From Cenococcum geophilum (Eukaryota), in NCBI GenBank assembly GCA_050273025.1, contig CP158635.1:4650001-4714000 (forward strand): a DNA stretch of 64,000 bases. The letters run 5' to 3'. Every line of letters begins with the position of its first letter. The first letter of the stretch is position 1. This document shows positions 12,690 through 23,717 of the stretch, one piece after another. The notes under the pieces were generated by a model. The model saw only the letters and a program-made list of their open reading frames with translations. It was not told the origin of the DNA and did not search any database. A program made the translations under genes and the position numbers.

Positions 12690-15600
12690 CGGCCAAGATC
12701 CGGGCAGTAACACTTGGCAGTAACTTTACTGCCCGAATCTTTTGCCAAGTTCGATTCTGCCGATGTAAAATCAGTGGCTTGGAGCTTGTTTTTAGTGTTG
12801 TAGATCTTAATTTTAGAGCTATATATTAATTAATTGGCAGAGCTACGGCGTCGCAATTCAGCCATACTTAAGTCGTGATCTGCACCTACATCGTGAGCCT
12901 TAGCGTAGTGTTATATGTGAAAATATTTAATTATAAGGTTTAGAAGGGGTTATAATTCAATCAAATTGCAGGTATTATAATGCAAAGTCTCCGCGGCGTA
13001 GTGGTATAGTAAGTTCTGTAATTGCTTTAATTTAATTTGGAGCTAGCCCAACGTAATTATACCACTTTTCCCGAAGTTCTTAAGTGGCCCATTGGGCCAC
13101 GATGCAAATATATAGGTTTAATATGACTTAGGGCGTTAAAAATAAGATAAGAACAATATGATCAATTTAAAGCCTTACTAATACGTAATTTAATAGAAAA
13201 TAACCTTTTTTTTTAATATTTTTAACACGCTACTAATGGGAACTAAACCCATAACCTTCTACTACCCAATTAGGCTAAGGGCCTCGGCGGTAATGCAATA
13301 AGGCTCATGAGGCTCTGCGGCGATGCAATGAGACTCGGCGCCGAGTATTAGAAGGAAGTTAAGGCTGCTCGGTCACTGCAGGAGAGCCGCAGTGCTCGGG
13401 GTAGTGTCGAAGTTCAGGAGTGTTAATTATTTGGGGTGTCTCTGTCACTACAGTGGCTACTACAGTGACAGAGACACCCCAAATAATCGAGATCGCGATC
13501 GTCAAAAATAGTGTCGCTAGAAATCTTGCCGTAGGGACGTTATCGACGACCCCCCACTAATATCATTAATATCAGTAGCAGGGTCTAGCCAAGTTATAGA
13601 GAACTTCTTTATATGCATATTAAATACAGCGTAAGGTAGTAACTTGGATAGAGTAACGTAGTAAGCCATAAATCACCACTATTAGTTAGGAACGGTCGTA
13701 TTTATTAAAGCTACAAAATAACGTTAAATGGCTACGTCTCTAGTTAACTCTGAGCTAGTATATAATTTCCAAACTAGGCTTAGCCTGCCGTGCACTTAAT
13801 TACTTAGTCGCGTAGGTAGAATAACTATAGCTTATGTCTCAAATTGCGACGACCTAAAGTCCTAAGTATTTAGCTATATAAGGGAGTCGTTAGAGTTATC
13901 GGAATCTTTAGAGTCCCGGCTAAAGGATACTAGTATAGGAGATAGTGAGCCAAATAGACGGACGAATATATTTAACATCATTAACGGTTATTCTTAAGAG
14001 GATTCGTATAAGGTTAATAACTAGGTTAACTAACGTTTCCGCTTATTAACAGCCGCTTATAGTAAGCACTATAATCTTACAGGTGCAGTTAATGCAGGTA
14101 GTGCATTTAATAATATTTCAAGCTCCTTATAAACCCCTACTACTAATCTCTGCCTCTTCTTCTATTAAGATATCTATTGTTTTGCCTACTCTTTATGCTT
14201 TACAGCCCTCTTAGCTTACTTAAGGCCAGTAAGACCACGCTTATTGGCCTTACCCTTCTTCTTAAACTCTACCTTTAAAGTCTAAACCGGATTAGGTAGT
14301 TCTACTAGTATAATATTATCCTTTCTACGCACCCCTTTAAATTTAAAAAGAAGTTGTTAAGTCTACCGCTAAAATAAGTCTATAAGAACTTCTGCTTACT
14401 TAGTAGGGTATAATTTAGTAATTGCGTTATATACTACAGTTGCCGCACCTAACGCTATATCTGCTCCGTTATTACTAAAGCGGTTGCCGTTAGTAATAGC
14501 TTTATTGTTGGGACTAAGTTAGGTATTATAACTTAGTTACTAATTAAATCTAATAGTAGACGGCCCGTTAAGTAGCTATTAGGGGTAAAGAAGGCTCAGT
14601 GGCAATAACACTAATTTCTATAGAGCTTTTTCCATCTAATAATAATATAGGAGGCTATATCAAACAGGAAGATTACAGTCGCCTTACTCTAAATAGCAGC
14701 CGTATTTACTATAGCCGTCCTTAGTATTAAATCTTCGTATATAGAACTCTAAGAGTCGCTAATACGTGCAAGTAATAACGTAATTGCTTTTAAGCGGCCT
14801 ATACTTCTTACTGTCCTTAGCGAGCTGGCCGAACTGTCTATAGTTAGATTTAACGACTTCCTATTTATCCCATATAAGCCTAATAGCCTTATTAGTTACT
14901 TAACCCTATAGTAACTAAAATATATAAGTATCTTAAAGCCGGAAAGACTCCCTATAATCCTTATATTCTAATCTCTTATACTCCTTAAACTTTTTATTAA
15001 TTACCAACTTAATCTAATTAACGACTTCTAGCAATGTAAGGTCCTTATATAACCTTACTTTTATCACCAAGTGAATTAATTCACCCCTCTATAAGGTATT
15101 GGCACTGAGATTACAATAACGACAAGTATAAGCCCTATTAAAGTAGGCCTCCCTTAGGCCCTAGTGATCTTTAATTTTAAGAGCCTCTGGCTAGTTAAGT
15201 TAACGTATAAGTATATTATAATTGGCTTCAAGTTTGGCGGGACTCTCTAACTTAGTATATGCCCAAATTAAGTCCTCTAATGTCTTCCGTTTCTCCTTTA
15301 AGTACTTACTACTATTAACTAATATAGTCTTAATATTTTTAACAACGTGCCACTCATAGAGTTGCATCTGGATATCCTCCTAGATAAGCTTTTTGGTAGC
15401 TAATATAAAGCTAGCTCCCTAATCGCCAATATAAACTTTTAGTACGGGTATATCGTAGAATATAAACTTATTTATAAAGTTGTGCATCTCTTTAAACACC
15501 TGCTTAGCCTTAGATATAATAATTAAGTGCATAATTAGAACTGTCTTGCCGGTATTTATTGTTGTTATTATAGTTAATAGCGGCATGCGGAGCTGGTTTG

Positions 15601-17259
15601 TAGAGAATGTCGTATTAGTATAAATATAGAAGCTAGAGGTAAATCAACGTATAAAAGCAATTTATTTAGGAGTTGCAAAGGTAAGTTAAACAAGGACTTA
15701 AGAGGTAGGGTTACCTAGGGAGAAGAATAAGTTAGTATTAAGTCAGTGGTAGATAGCAAATAAATATCCCAGGCGCTTTAATACCAAAGTACTCCGAGAC
15801 ATGCTACCGCACGGTTAGATTATTGTATTTAGTGGATCCTACCATACTAATTTGTAACTTAGATATACCGGAAAATGCCACATTATTTATGCTGCCGGGA
15901 TTAGGGCCGAAGGTCGTTTATCCAATAAACCCGAATCTACTGTAGTAACTTATTCCTTTCCTGTTCTTTCTTTAAAGCTATAAGATACGCCTATTTAGAA
16001 GGCCGGCAAGTAATCTAGATAAAGGGGAATGTTCTTCTTAATGGGGTCCTGTTATTGCTTAGATATTATAATCGCCCTAATCTTGCTATTGCCTTAATCT
16101 TACCACCTCTTAGATCTTATTAAATGAGATAGTAAGCTTACCTATTTTAGTATTAACTTCCGTATAGATACGCAAGCAAGTATAGAAGCCGGCTTGTTGG
16201 AGAGCCGAATGGAGCTCCGTAAATCGCTCCTGCTTTATTACACCTCCTATCTATTTACCTTAACGAACTTACCCTCCCATATTCCAGTAGTCGCGACTAC
16301 TTATTAGTGGCAAGTTGTTAGCGGATAGAAGCCGCCGTACCTCTCCTACGGATGCATTGGCAGCTTAGTAATTAAGGGCTTCCGCTATAGTTGCTGCATA
16401 CTATAGCCAACGGCTCCTGTATTTTAGAAGAGAGAGAGGATTTAGTATAGCTACGCAGGTATATATACCATTATTGACTTTTATAACCTAGGTAATAACT
16501 CCTTCGTCTATATACTTGTAAGTAGAGACGTAATAGGGACAATTCTTCTTTAAAATCTTTCTATTTAGCCGCCTAAGTAATTAACCTTCCTTATCCTGCC
16601 GCTAGCGGTCATCCTTAGTAAGCTTTTAATAGTTACAAGTCTCTCCACCATAAGCTTTACATTTCATATAGAGTCGCTATATAATTCAGCCACCACTTAT
16701 ATAGAGCTCGCGGCCTTAAGAGAACGCGTAGTTATTAAAGCGCTGTACTACTAAGTTTTAAGTTTCGTAGTGCTTACCAGCTTCCGGCTCAAGCAAGTGT
16801 TTAGGAGGGATTAATTAAATAGCTACCTGCATTGCCGCAATCGCGTTCTCATTTCTTAGCTTCTCGTAAGCCTTCCATTTAACTGACAGAGTTTCCTAGG
16901 GCGCGGCGGCAGGAGTAACTGAGGTAGGAGCGTCCATTTTGGATGAGAATCTTGGTGTAGAGCGTAGGGAGCCATTGCCACGTATTTATGTAGAGCTTGG
17001 GTGGCGATTAAGCGGTGTTGATTGACGAATCTTGGCGGTAACGAAAGTATGTACGTGCACCTCCGTTTAACCGTGCGGCAGCCTGCGGGGGCTGCCGGGG
17101 TGGGGGGTATTTGGTGAACATTGCATTTGTATGGCTTTTACTAGTAAAATAGGTGCCCGAGTAGTGCCTTGGCTGCCCTGACCGCCTGCTAAACCGCCGC
17201 CGATCGAAAGATTCGGGCAGTAAAGTTACTGCCAAGTGTTACTGCCCGGATCTTGGCCG
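12690..17259 (-). mobile_element. Mutator-like element (MULE), 4570 bp, RIP-inactivated transposase (~14000-16937, minus)
   Basis: Perfect ~53-bp TIRs (CGGCCAAGATCCGGGCAGTAACACTTGGCAG...). 9-bp TSD AGGCATCAC at 12681-12689 and 17260-17268. MULE core remnant resembling DTTFSTNQLRMPL at ~15580-15630. Confidence 0.92.
13426..13487. repeat. 62-bp palindrome inside the MULE
   Basis: 24-bp perfect arms ATTATTTGGGGTGTCTCTGTCACT / AGTGACAGAGACACCCCAAATAAT around a 14-nt centre. Confidence 0.9.
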
Positions 17260-17506
17260 AGGCATCACTACCTATCACATATCGGGGGGGGTCATTTGGC
17301 TCGGTTACGGCCCAGGTTAATACGAGGTTAGGGCCACCCCTGCTGATAATTGGCGCGAACCCCGCACGAGGTCGCGCAGCGACCGCCCCCGAGTACCTTT
17401 GCACGCGATTTTGGGCGAAAAGGTACATAATTTAAGTTAGATCGGTACACTTCTGGACAGTCGCGTAATATTGCTCTAAATTTCAAACACCCAAACGCGT
17501 GCCATT

Positions 17507-17752
17507 CCTATATTAAGGCGTCTCAGTTACTATAATATAGTCCTATATTAAGACGTCTCGGTCGCTAAAATATAGTCCTGCATTAAGGCGTCTTAGTCAC
17601 TATAGTATAGTCTTATATTCAGGCGTCTCAGTCACTACAGTGTAGTCTTATATTAAGGCGTCTTAGTCACTGCAGTAGTCCTATATTAAGACGTCTTAGT
17701 TACTGCAGTGCAGTCCTATATTAAGGCGTCTCAGTTACTATAGTAGTCCTAT
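17507..17752. repeat. ~30-bp tandem repeat (CCTATATTAAGGCGTCTCAGTCACTACAGT.. consensus), about 8 copies
   Basis: Directly visible recurring TTAAGGCGTCT[C/T]AGT unit downstream of the Crypton CDS. Confidence 0.85.
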
Positions 17753-18179
17753 AATAAGATAGTATTATATATATATATATACTATTTAATACAGAGCCTT
17801 TCCCTCTCTCCCCTACCCCAAAAGCTAGCAGTTAGATATTCTTATAAAGCCAATCTAAAGAACGCCGGCCCCATAGCTGCTCCAGCTAGTTAATAGCCTA
17901 TCTCTTATCTCTTACCATACCGTCTTCTACGCGCCGTCTTATATCCTTAATTATCCTACAGCAACGGCTATAGAACATAGCCTCGCCATTAACCCGCTAG
18001 CGCGCCCCCCAGCAGCGATCAAGAGCTTCAATTAACGGCCTACCTACTAGCCCTAAAGTCCACTCAGCCTAGAGCTAGAATACCGAATTACCGCCCCAAA
18101 GCATCTTATATTTTCTTAGCGGCGCCTATAGGTTAAGGATAAATAGGAGAGGTAGTTAAGTATCTACTTATGCCTACGC

Positions 18180-18357
18180 TAGCGGGGGCGGCGCGGATAT
18201 AGTAGATAGCTAAGCGGGGGGTGCGGATATAGTAGACAGCTAAGTGGGGGGTGCGGATATAGCAGATAGCGAAGCGGGGGGTGCGGATATAGTAGACAGC
18301 TAAGCGGGCGGTGCGGATATAGTAGATAGCTAAGCAGGTGGCGCGGATATAGTAGAC
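18180..18357. repeat. 30-bp tandem repeat (GCGGATATAGTAGATAGCTAAGCGGGGGGT), about 6 copies, a Pro/Ser linker in the Crypton ORF
   Basis: Visible repeat units; the minus frame reads (LSTISAPPA.)n. Confidence 0.85.
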
Positions 18358-21300
18358 GTTATAGTAAATATTATAGTAAACGGTAGATATACGGACTCCG
18401 TAGGCCCTATCTAAATACCCGTCTTTCCTTACTAGATCTATATAGGTGCAGGTACGAATAATACTAATAACCTTTCCATCTCGCTAAGGCGTTCTAAGAT
18501 CATATATACGTGTAACTAAACCCCCTTAATCTCTAAGATTGCGGCCTTATATTTTAGCTTAGCTACGGCCTTATAAGCAGGCCAGTATTTCCACATTATT
18601 AGTTTATTTAGCGTAACTACGTTAGCTAGCGAGCTTTCTACCTATATAGCAAACCTCTAGTACTCCTTATAGCTAAAAAGGGAGTCCTTCTATAGGGGGT
18701 AGAGCGGGAACTACTTATATAGGATTACTAAGTCCTATAATAGGATTACCCTAAGCGCACAGAGGAGGCGTAAAAATCCTAAGCCCGTAAGGTCAAGCCG
18801 TACGACCTTATTATCGGCCCTGTCTAGGTAGTAGGTCTCTATATGTTTTAGCCAGACATTAGTCTTAGGCCATATCTTTAAGCAGAGGGCCTCCTCTAGC
18901 ACCTTCCGCGCGCAGGAAAGAAAGTAGCCCTTTCCCTCCTTTAGGAAGCCGGCGATCAACCACATAAACGCACGGAGTAGGTAGCTAAGGTAGGCTCCCA
19001 TTATCGCGTCCGTATTCCAGCATCCAGCCTATCTAATTTAGGTCTCCTTAACGCCGCTAAGCTTAGCGTGCCAGACGCTCTGCTTATAGACGCTATAGGT
19101 TTTCTCTTTTAAGTAAATCCCTACCCCCTAGAATATCTTCTTATTCTATTTAAACTGCGTATAATAGCTTAGCGGCTGTTGCGGTACTTTAATGCTACTA
19201 GGGAAGATATATAGGTTATAGTAGTCCTTTAGCTACTAAAAGGATGGGAAGCTCTTAGCGCCGTCTTTACCCTAGCGGTTAAAAAAGTAGAAGGCTATTA
19301 TAGAGAGAGGGCAGAGGATAGGGTTAGTATTATACATACAGCCCATATACTTAACCTTGCCGTGCTAATTCTGCTTCCCCTATATTATTAATATAATTAT
19401 ATATAGCGCTAGCTCGTCTAGTTTAGGCCCTTTATTCTCTAGTTTAATAAAGGCAAGGTTAGTAAGCTAAATATCCCGTCTACTTTCACCCTAGGTAACG
19501 GTAGTATAGCCTAAGAAAAGGAATAGGTTAAAAAACGGTAGCCGTATAGACTAGTAATATACAAACCTAATAAATACTTAGCTATAGTTTAAAGGTAAGA
19601 CTTAACTAAACCCGGCATTTTAGAGCCCGTCTCCCAGCACCAAATAATCGCCCTTTTAAGCCCTTTAACGTTATAGCCGCCAGTAATTATAAATAGGCCT
19701 CAGTTAATAAAGTTAACGCGTTAAATCCGGTCCTTGTCGCGGCGAACGCTGTCTAGTATCACTAAGAGCTTCGCCCCCCATAGCGGCTGTGAGGCCTTGC
19801 CTTCCAATTACCATATATAAAGCTCAGTAATAGCGGAGACGTAGCTATTTATAACTAAGTATCGGACTATCTTATTAAAAAGGGCGTCTAGGGCCTCCTC
19901 ATCCCATATCTCTCCTTCCTCGTCCTTTATAGCTTCTTCCCCTACAGCTACGGCTGCCCCTACGGCTGCCTTCCCCCTAGCTGCCCTCCCACCTTAGCCA
20001 TCTTCTACCTCTTCTTCGCCCACTTACCATCTTTCCACATCTCTTTCCGTTTTAACTTGCGTTTTTAATAGCCAGCAGCCTATGATTCTTAGTTAATAAC
20101 TTACTACTCTAAAAATAGGTAAAGCTTATCTTCCGTTACCTAGGCGCCGTTTATATTGCCTTCCAGTCTCGCGTACTAGTCTTCCTACTTTTTCTACTTT
20201 AGCTTATACGCCCTTATAGTATTCTTTAAGCGCTAGGCCTTATAAATATCCTATAGCCGCGCTATTTAGGCCTTAAATTCGCTCTAGAGGCTATAGGGGG
20301 GGGAGGCTAAAGGGGCTTCCTTTAGCCGTAAAGTAGACCGTAGGGTAAGAAGATTCTTAAAAGACTCTATATCCGTAAAAGGTAAGGGGGAGACACGTAA
20401 GCGCGGCGCGGGTAAATAAAGCCACTAAACGCGTAAATATTATAGAAGAAGAAGAAAAGAGCTCTATATTATAGAATTAGAATTACAGTAGGCCTTTCTA
20501 TATAAAATCAGAAGCCCTACGCGAGCCATCGCGGGCACAAGAACAGTAGAGGGTTGGAAAATAGATTGTCGAGGCGACAATGAGGTCGAAGGCGCGCTGA
20601 GGCCCTCTATACTAACCCAGTACTAACCTAGGCCTCAAAAACGCGTCCGAAAAGTAGGGGCCACCACCTAGGGGGGGTGCGATATTTGGACGATATATCA
20701 AGGACCTTAGGGGCTCGTACGTAACCCGAGGTTATGCCAAGCCTAACCCTGACCTCCGATACCTACCTACCTAGCTTACATTATCAGGGCACCCACAATA
20801 CTTTCTGTGCAGAGTGCTGCTGGCGATTTGGGGATGGATTGTTAGGGTCAAATCAATGTGTCGGGTGGCACGGAAGAACTGGGTAGGGAGCAACCATCTG
20901 CATTTCGCGAGCGAAGTGCAGAGTGAGGCTCACCGGCCAGTAATAAGGCAGGCATTCCCAAAGGCTGTTTCCGAAGATGGGGCACATGCAGGACACCTAA
21001 ATGCAAGTCGACTTAACGTGCATAACCGCCATTAGCTGCTGGACCCCTCCACTGGTCGCGAGAAGTGATTGATGGCTTTGACCATTGGATAGCAAAATAA
21101 GCCTTTTTGAAGAAAATCAGATTCCAAATGAAAAGACAGTAAAGTAGCTTATGCTCATTATTTCGTAGGCCGCGATGAATCTCGAGCTTTACATGATTAC
21201 TATCGTAAACGGTTCAATGGAATGTTTCCAGCTGACTGATTAACTTTCAGCCAGCTGGATGCCTCTTTGCACGTCATTAATATTCTCCATTCCAGTAGCA

Positions 21301-21385
21301 GCTCTCTGGTAGTCTCGTATAACCGCATTTAGTCCTTGCAGCTGTGGTGCCGCCCGCTTTACGCCTTCGTCATTCTGAAAATTTC

Positions 21386-22481
21386 CTAGCTTTGAACCCC
21401 ACTGGTACCAGAGACAAAAACGATGAGAACCGTAGCGTATCTAACAGGAATCGTATCAGCCTAATATCAGCGGTGACATCTTGCTATCAAAACAGGACAA
21501 GATATGACGATACTCACGTTGCAGCTGCGAGAATCAGCTCTATAGTCCTCGACTTTGTCAATCCAGAGAGTATGAGGAGAAAAAGGATCGTAGACAGCAT
21601 GACAATAACTATCCGAATCGAGGTAGTTTTAATGATATTGCAAATGACGACTGGCATCAGCAGAATAACTGTTACTAAGAACAAGAGTAATACTTTAGCA
21701 ATTCGTTTAATCAGTTGTCCGGAATACATATATACGTTTGCATCGGTTGAAACATCATAAAAACGGCTCCACTAGTATCGTTAGTCTACTATAATGATTC
21801 AGGGTTTTCTCTTACATCTCGAAATCCTCGATAGAAACGAATCAGTTTGTCTTCTACCCAAGCTTCGAGCTGTATTACCGCACTGTCCGCCACTGGAGCC
21901 AAGGAAGCTAGCTCCCTATGATGTGCAAGGTACGCCGTTTCTTCCCTAGCTAGACAGCCGGTACCGTCAAGCCAGTTCTGCAGGCTCTTAACATCTCTTC
22001 TCTGAGCACTGCCGAAACTCAACATCCGGTAGGTTCTTTCGGCGAACTGGTCTGCCTTCCGTTAACTCGTTGTTATGATTAGCTAATCTCCGCATATACC
22101 GTAATCTGCAAGACATGATTCAATATCCGATAGAAGAGATGTCCGGTCCGTGTTCTTATCACACCGACTCTTTCCAAGAAAGAGAAGAGAGGTCTCTTGT
22201 TGATCAATCTGTTCTAGCCTCTGTTCGAGCATAGACAACCTGTCCTGCTTTAACAAAAGGATTCGAGCCCGAAGCTTGTTGAAACGCCGGCATAAGAAGA
22301 AATGGTCATATGCTGAAATAAGCGCAGTGAAACGGGGATATCCGAGTTTATAATCCTCGACTAGACAGTGTTAGTCGAAGTATTTGTGTGAGGGGGAAGA
22401 GATACTTCTCTTGTCGTGCCTTTGGTTTATACTTGTGTTCGAGGGTTTCCAAAGCGGAAGACATGATTTGAGTGGTTTCAT
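21386..22481 (-). CDS. DUF6594-like protein with C-terminal transmembrane helices, ~293 aa, 5 exons (22481-22406, 22360-22100, 22051-21816, 21771-21518, 21440-21386)
   Basis: Four GT-AG introns join into a stop-free frame. EDYKLGYPRFTALISAYDHFFLCRRFNKLRARILLLKQDRLSMLEQRL, DVKSLQNW, then three hydrophobic stretches ending AATYATVLIVFVSG match the DUF6594 pattern as I recall it. Start codon uncertain. Confidence 0.82.
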
Positions 22482-22881
22482 CTCAACATCGATCTTTATC
22501 TTAGAAAAATCGAGCTAGATGGTGCGATTTGTATCATAGAAGGTTTTGCCTAGCATAATAGTATCAGCGATCTTGAATGAGGCTGACGTGCTAGGTAGGT
22601 GTGAGGACACCAATTAAAATCTGTCACGTTGATGATGTACACTGCCAACAAATGCGTGCATACCGTACGCCTCTTTGACCGCTTACGGGTAAGTCAACAA
22701 GGCGTCTTTGAAGGCGCATTCAAGCGCCTTTATTGAGGTCTTTTCTGATAGTGTCAAGTTCGGCAGTAAGGCTATAAAAGCATGTCCCTCACCTATAAGG
22801 TATTGGTGACCCAAGCACTCCCGTCACAATCCTCTCACGGCAGGCCAACTTAACCACTGAAATACCTTCGGTTATTACAAT

Positions 22882-23241
22882 ATGTCTGCTTCCGAAGGGT
22901 TCGTATTGCTAGCTTTTCTGTAGCCGACGTTGTATTAATACTTCGGGATCAGTGACCAAAATCTCAACTTTACGGAAGTTGGCAAGCGCCCTTCTGTCAC
23001 AACTTATACCCAGGTTCGTGGCCTGAATGAGAATCAGACAGCCTTACTGAAAAACATCTTGTAGAGACCAGAATTTCATGTAGGAGACAAGGTGTATTTG
23101 CTTAACGCTGACGGAACTCGCGAGGGGCCTTTTATTATCGCCTCCGTTCCCTCCGCTGGAAGGTATACTGTGAGCCTTGAAAACGGGGAGGCCGTTAAGA
23201 ATGGCGAAGAGGTAAAAACAGATTGCTTGGAAGCTGTGTGA
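22882..23241 (+). CDS. Small 84-aa protein, possible SH3/KOW-like beta-barrel, 3 exons (22882-22898, 22953-23013, 23065-23241)
   Basis: Two introns, both with GTTCGT donors and YAG acceptors (54 and 51 nt), give a 255-nt open frame: MSASEGDQNLNFTEVGKRPSVTTYTQRPEFHVGDKVYLLNADGTREGPFIIASVPSAGRYTVSLENGEAVKNGEEVKTDCLEAV*. Confidence 0.72.
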
Positions 23242-23717
23242 AAATATTGGGTCCATTTGGTCTCTGGTTCGAAGGTGACCATCACAGCGGTAGCTATTAA
23301 ATGTTTATGCAACCTGTACCCTGTCTTATTTGTAGCCTTGCTGTCTCAAATGCACTTCGCCACTCTGACAGTCTCTTTTCTCTGCATCGCAAATTTGCCG
23401 GTCGTGACACTGTACGCCTTGCAGATTGTTGCCTAACTGTGGTGCCCAGCTGCGACTTTGCAAGGAAGCCGCTTGAAGATGAGCGCCTAGTTTCCCACTG
23501 CCTCGGCTGCTTCCCGGCCATTCACCACGATAGCTCGACTGAGTTCACTTCAAATCACCTTGTCGACACCCTGTAGACGATCTTTTGCTCTGTACTTTAT
23601 CTAAGGTTTCTATTCCTCCTCTTAACTTACTTGAACCCTTTCTCCCATTCAATGCTGGCTGCACACTCTCCTTGTGGCTTATAAGCTCTTGGGGCCCTCC
23701 CTGACTTCATTTGGACA

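Larger units (their letters stand above)
17280..20761 (-). mobile_element. Crypton-like (CryptonF) tyrosine-recombinase element with GCR1_C-like domain, RIP-inactivated (CDS remnant ~17800-20380)
   Basis: Reversing RIP on the minus strand gives RHAELSGVEETQIRRAGRWNTDAM.GAYLSYLPRAFMRSIAGFPKEG (Ndc10/Crypton-like) and FQLWAEWTLGL.G.PSIEALDRCWGARWR...EAMFYSRR (GCR1_C-like). Short terminal IR TATCGG/CCGATA; boundaries approximate. Confidence 0.75.

Noticed and set aside
17507..18357. Tandem ~30-bp repeats as a possible CRISPR array
   Set aside because: Head-to-tail repeats without unique spacers, in a eukaryotic context with no cas genes.
17800..20380. Tyrosine recombinase as a possible Starship captain
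   Set aside because: The motifs and C-terminal GCR1_C-like domain fit a Crypton, and the element is only ~3.5 kb.
21344..21760. 138-aa plus-strand ORF
   Set aside because: Antisense to exons 4-5 of the better-supported DUF6594-like gene.
23044..23576. ORF-track ORFs around the small gene
   Set aside because: No motifs; the spliced plus-strand model explains the region better.
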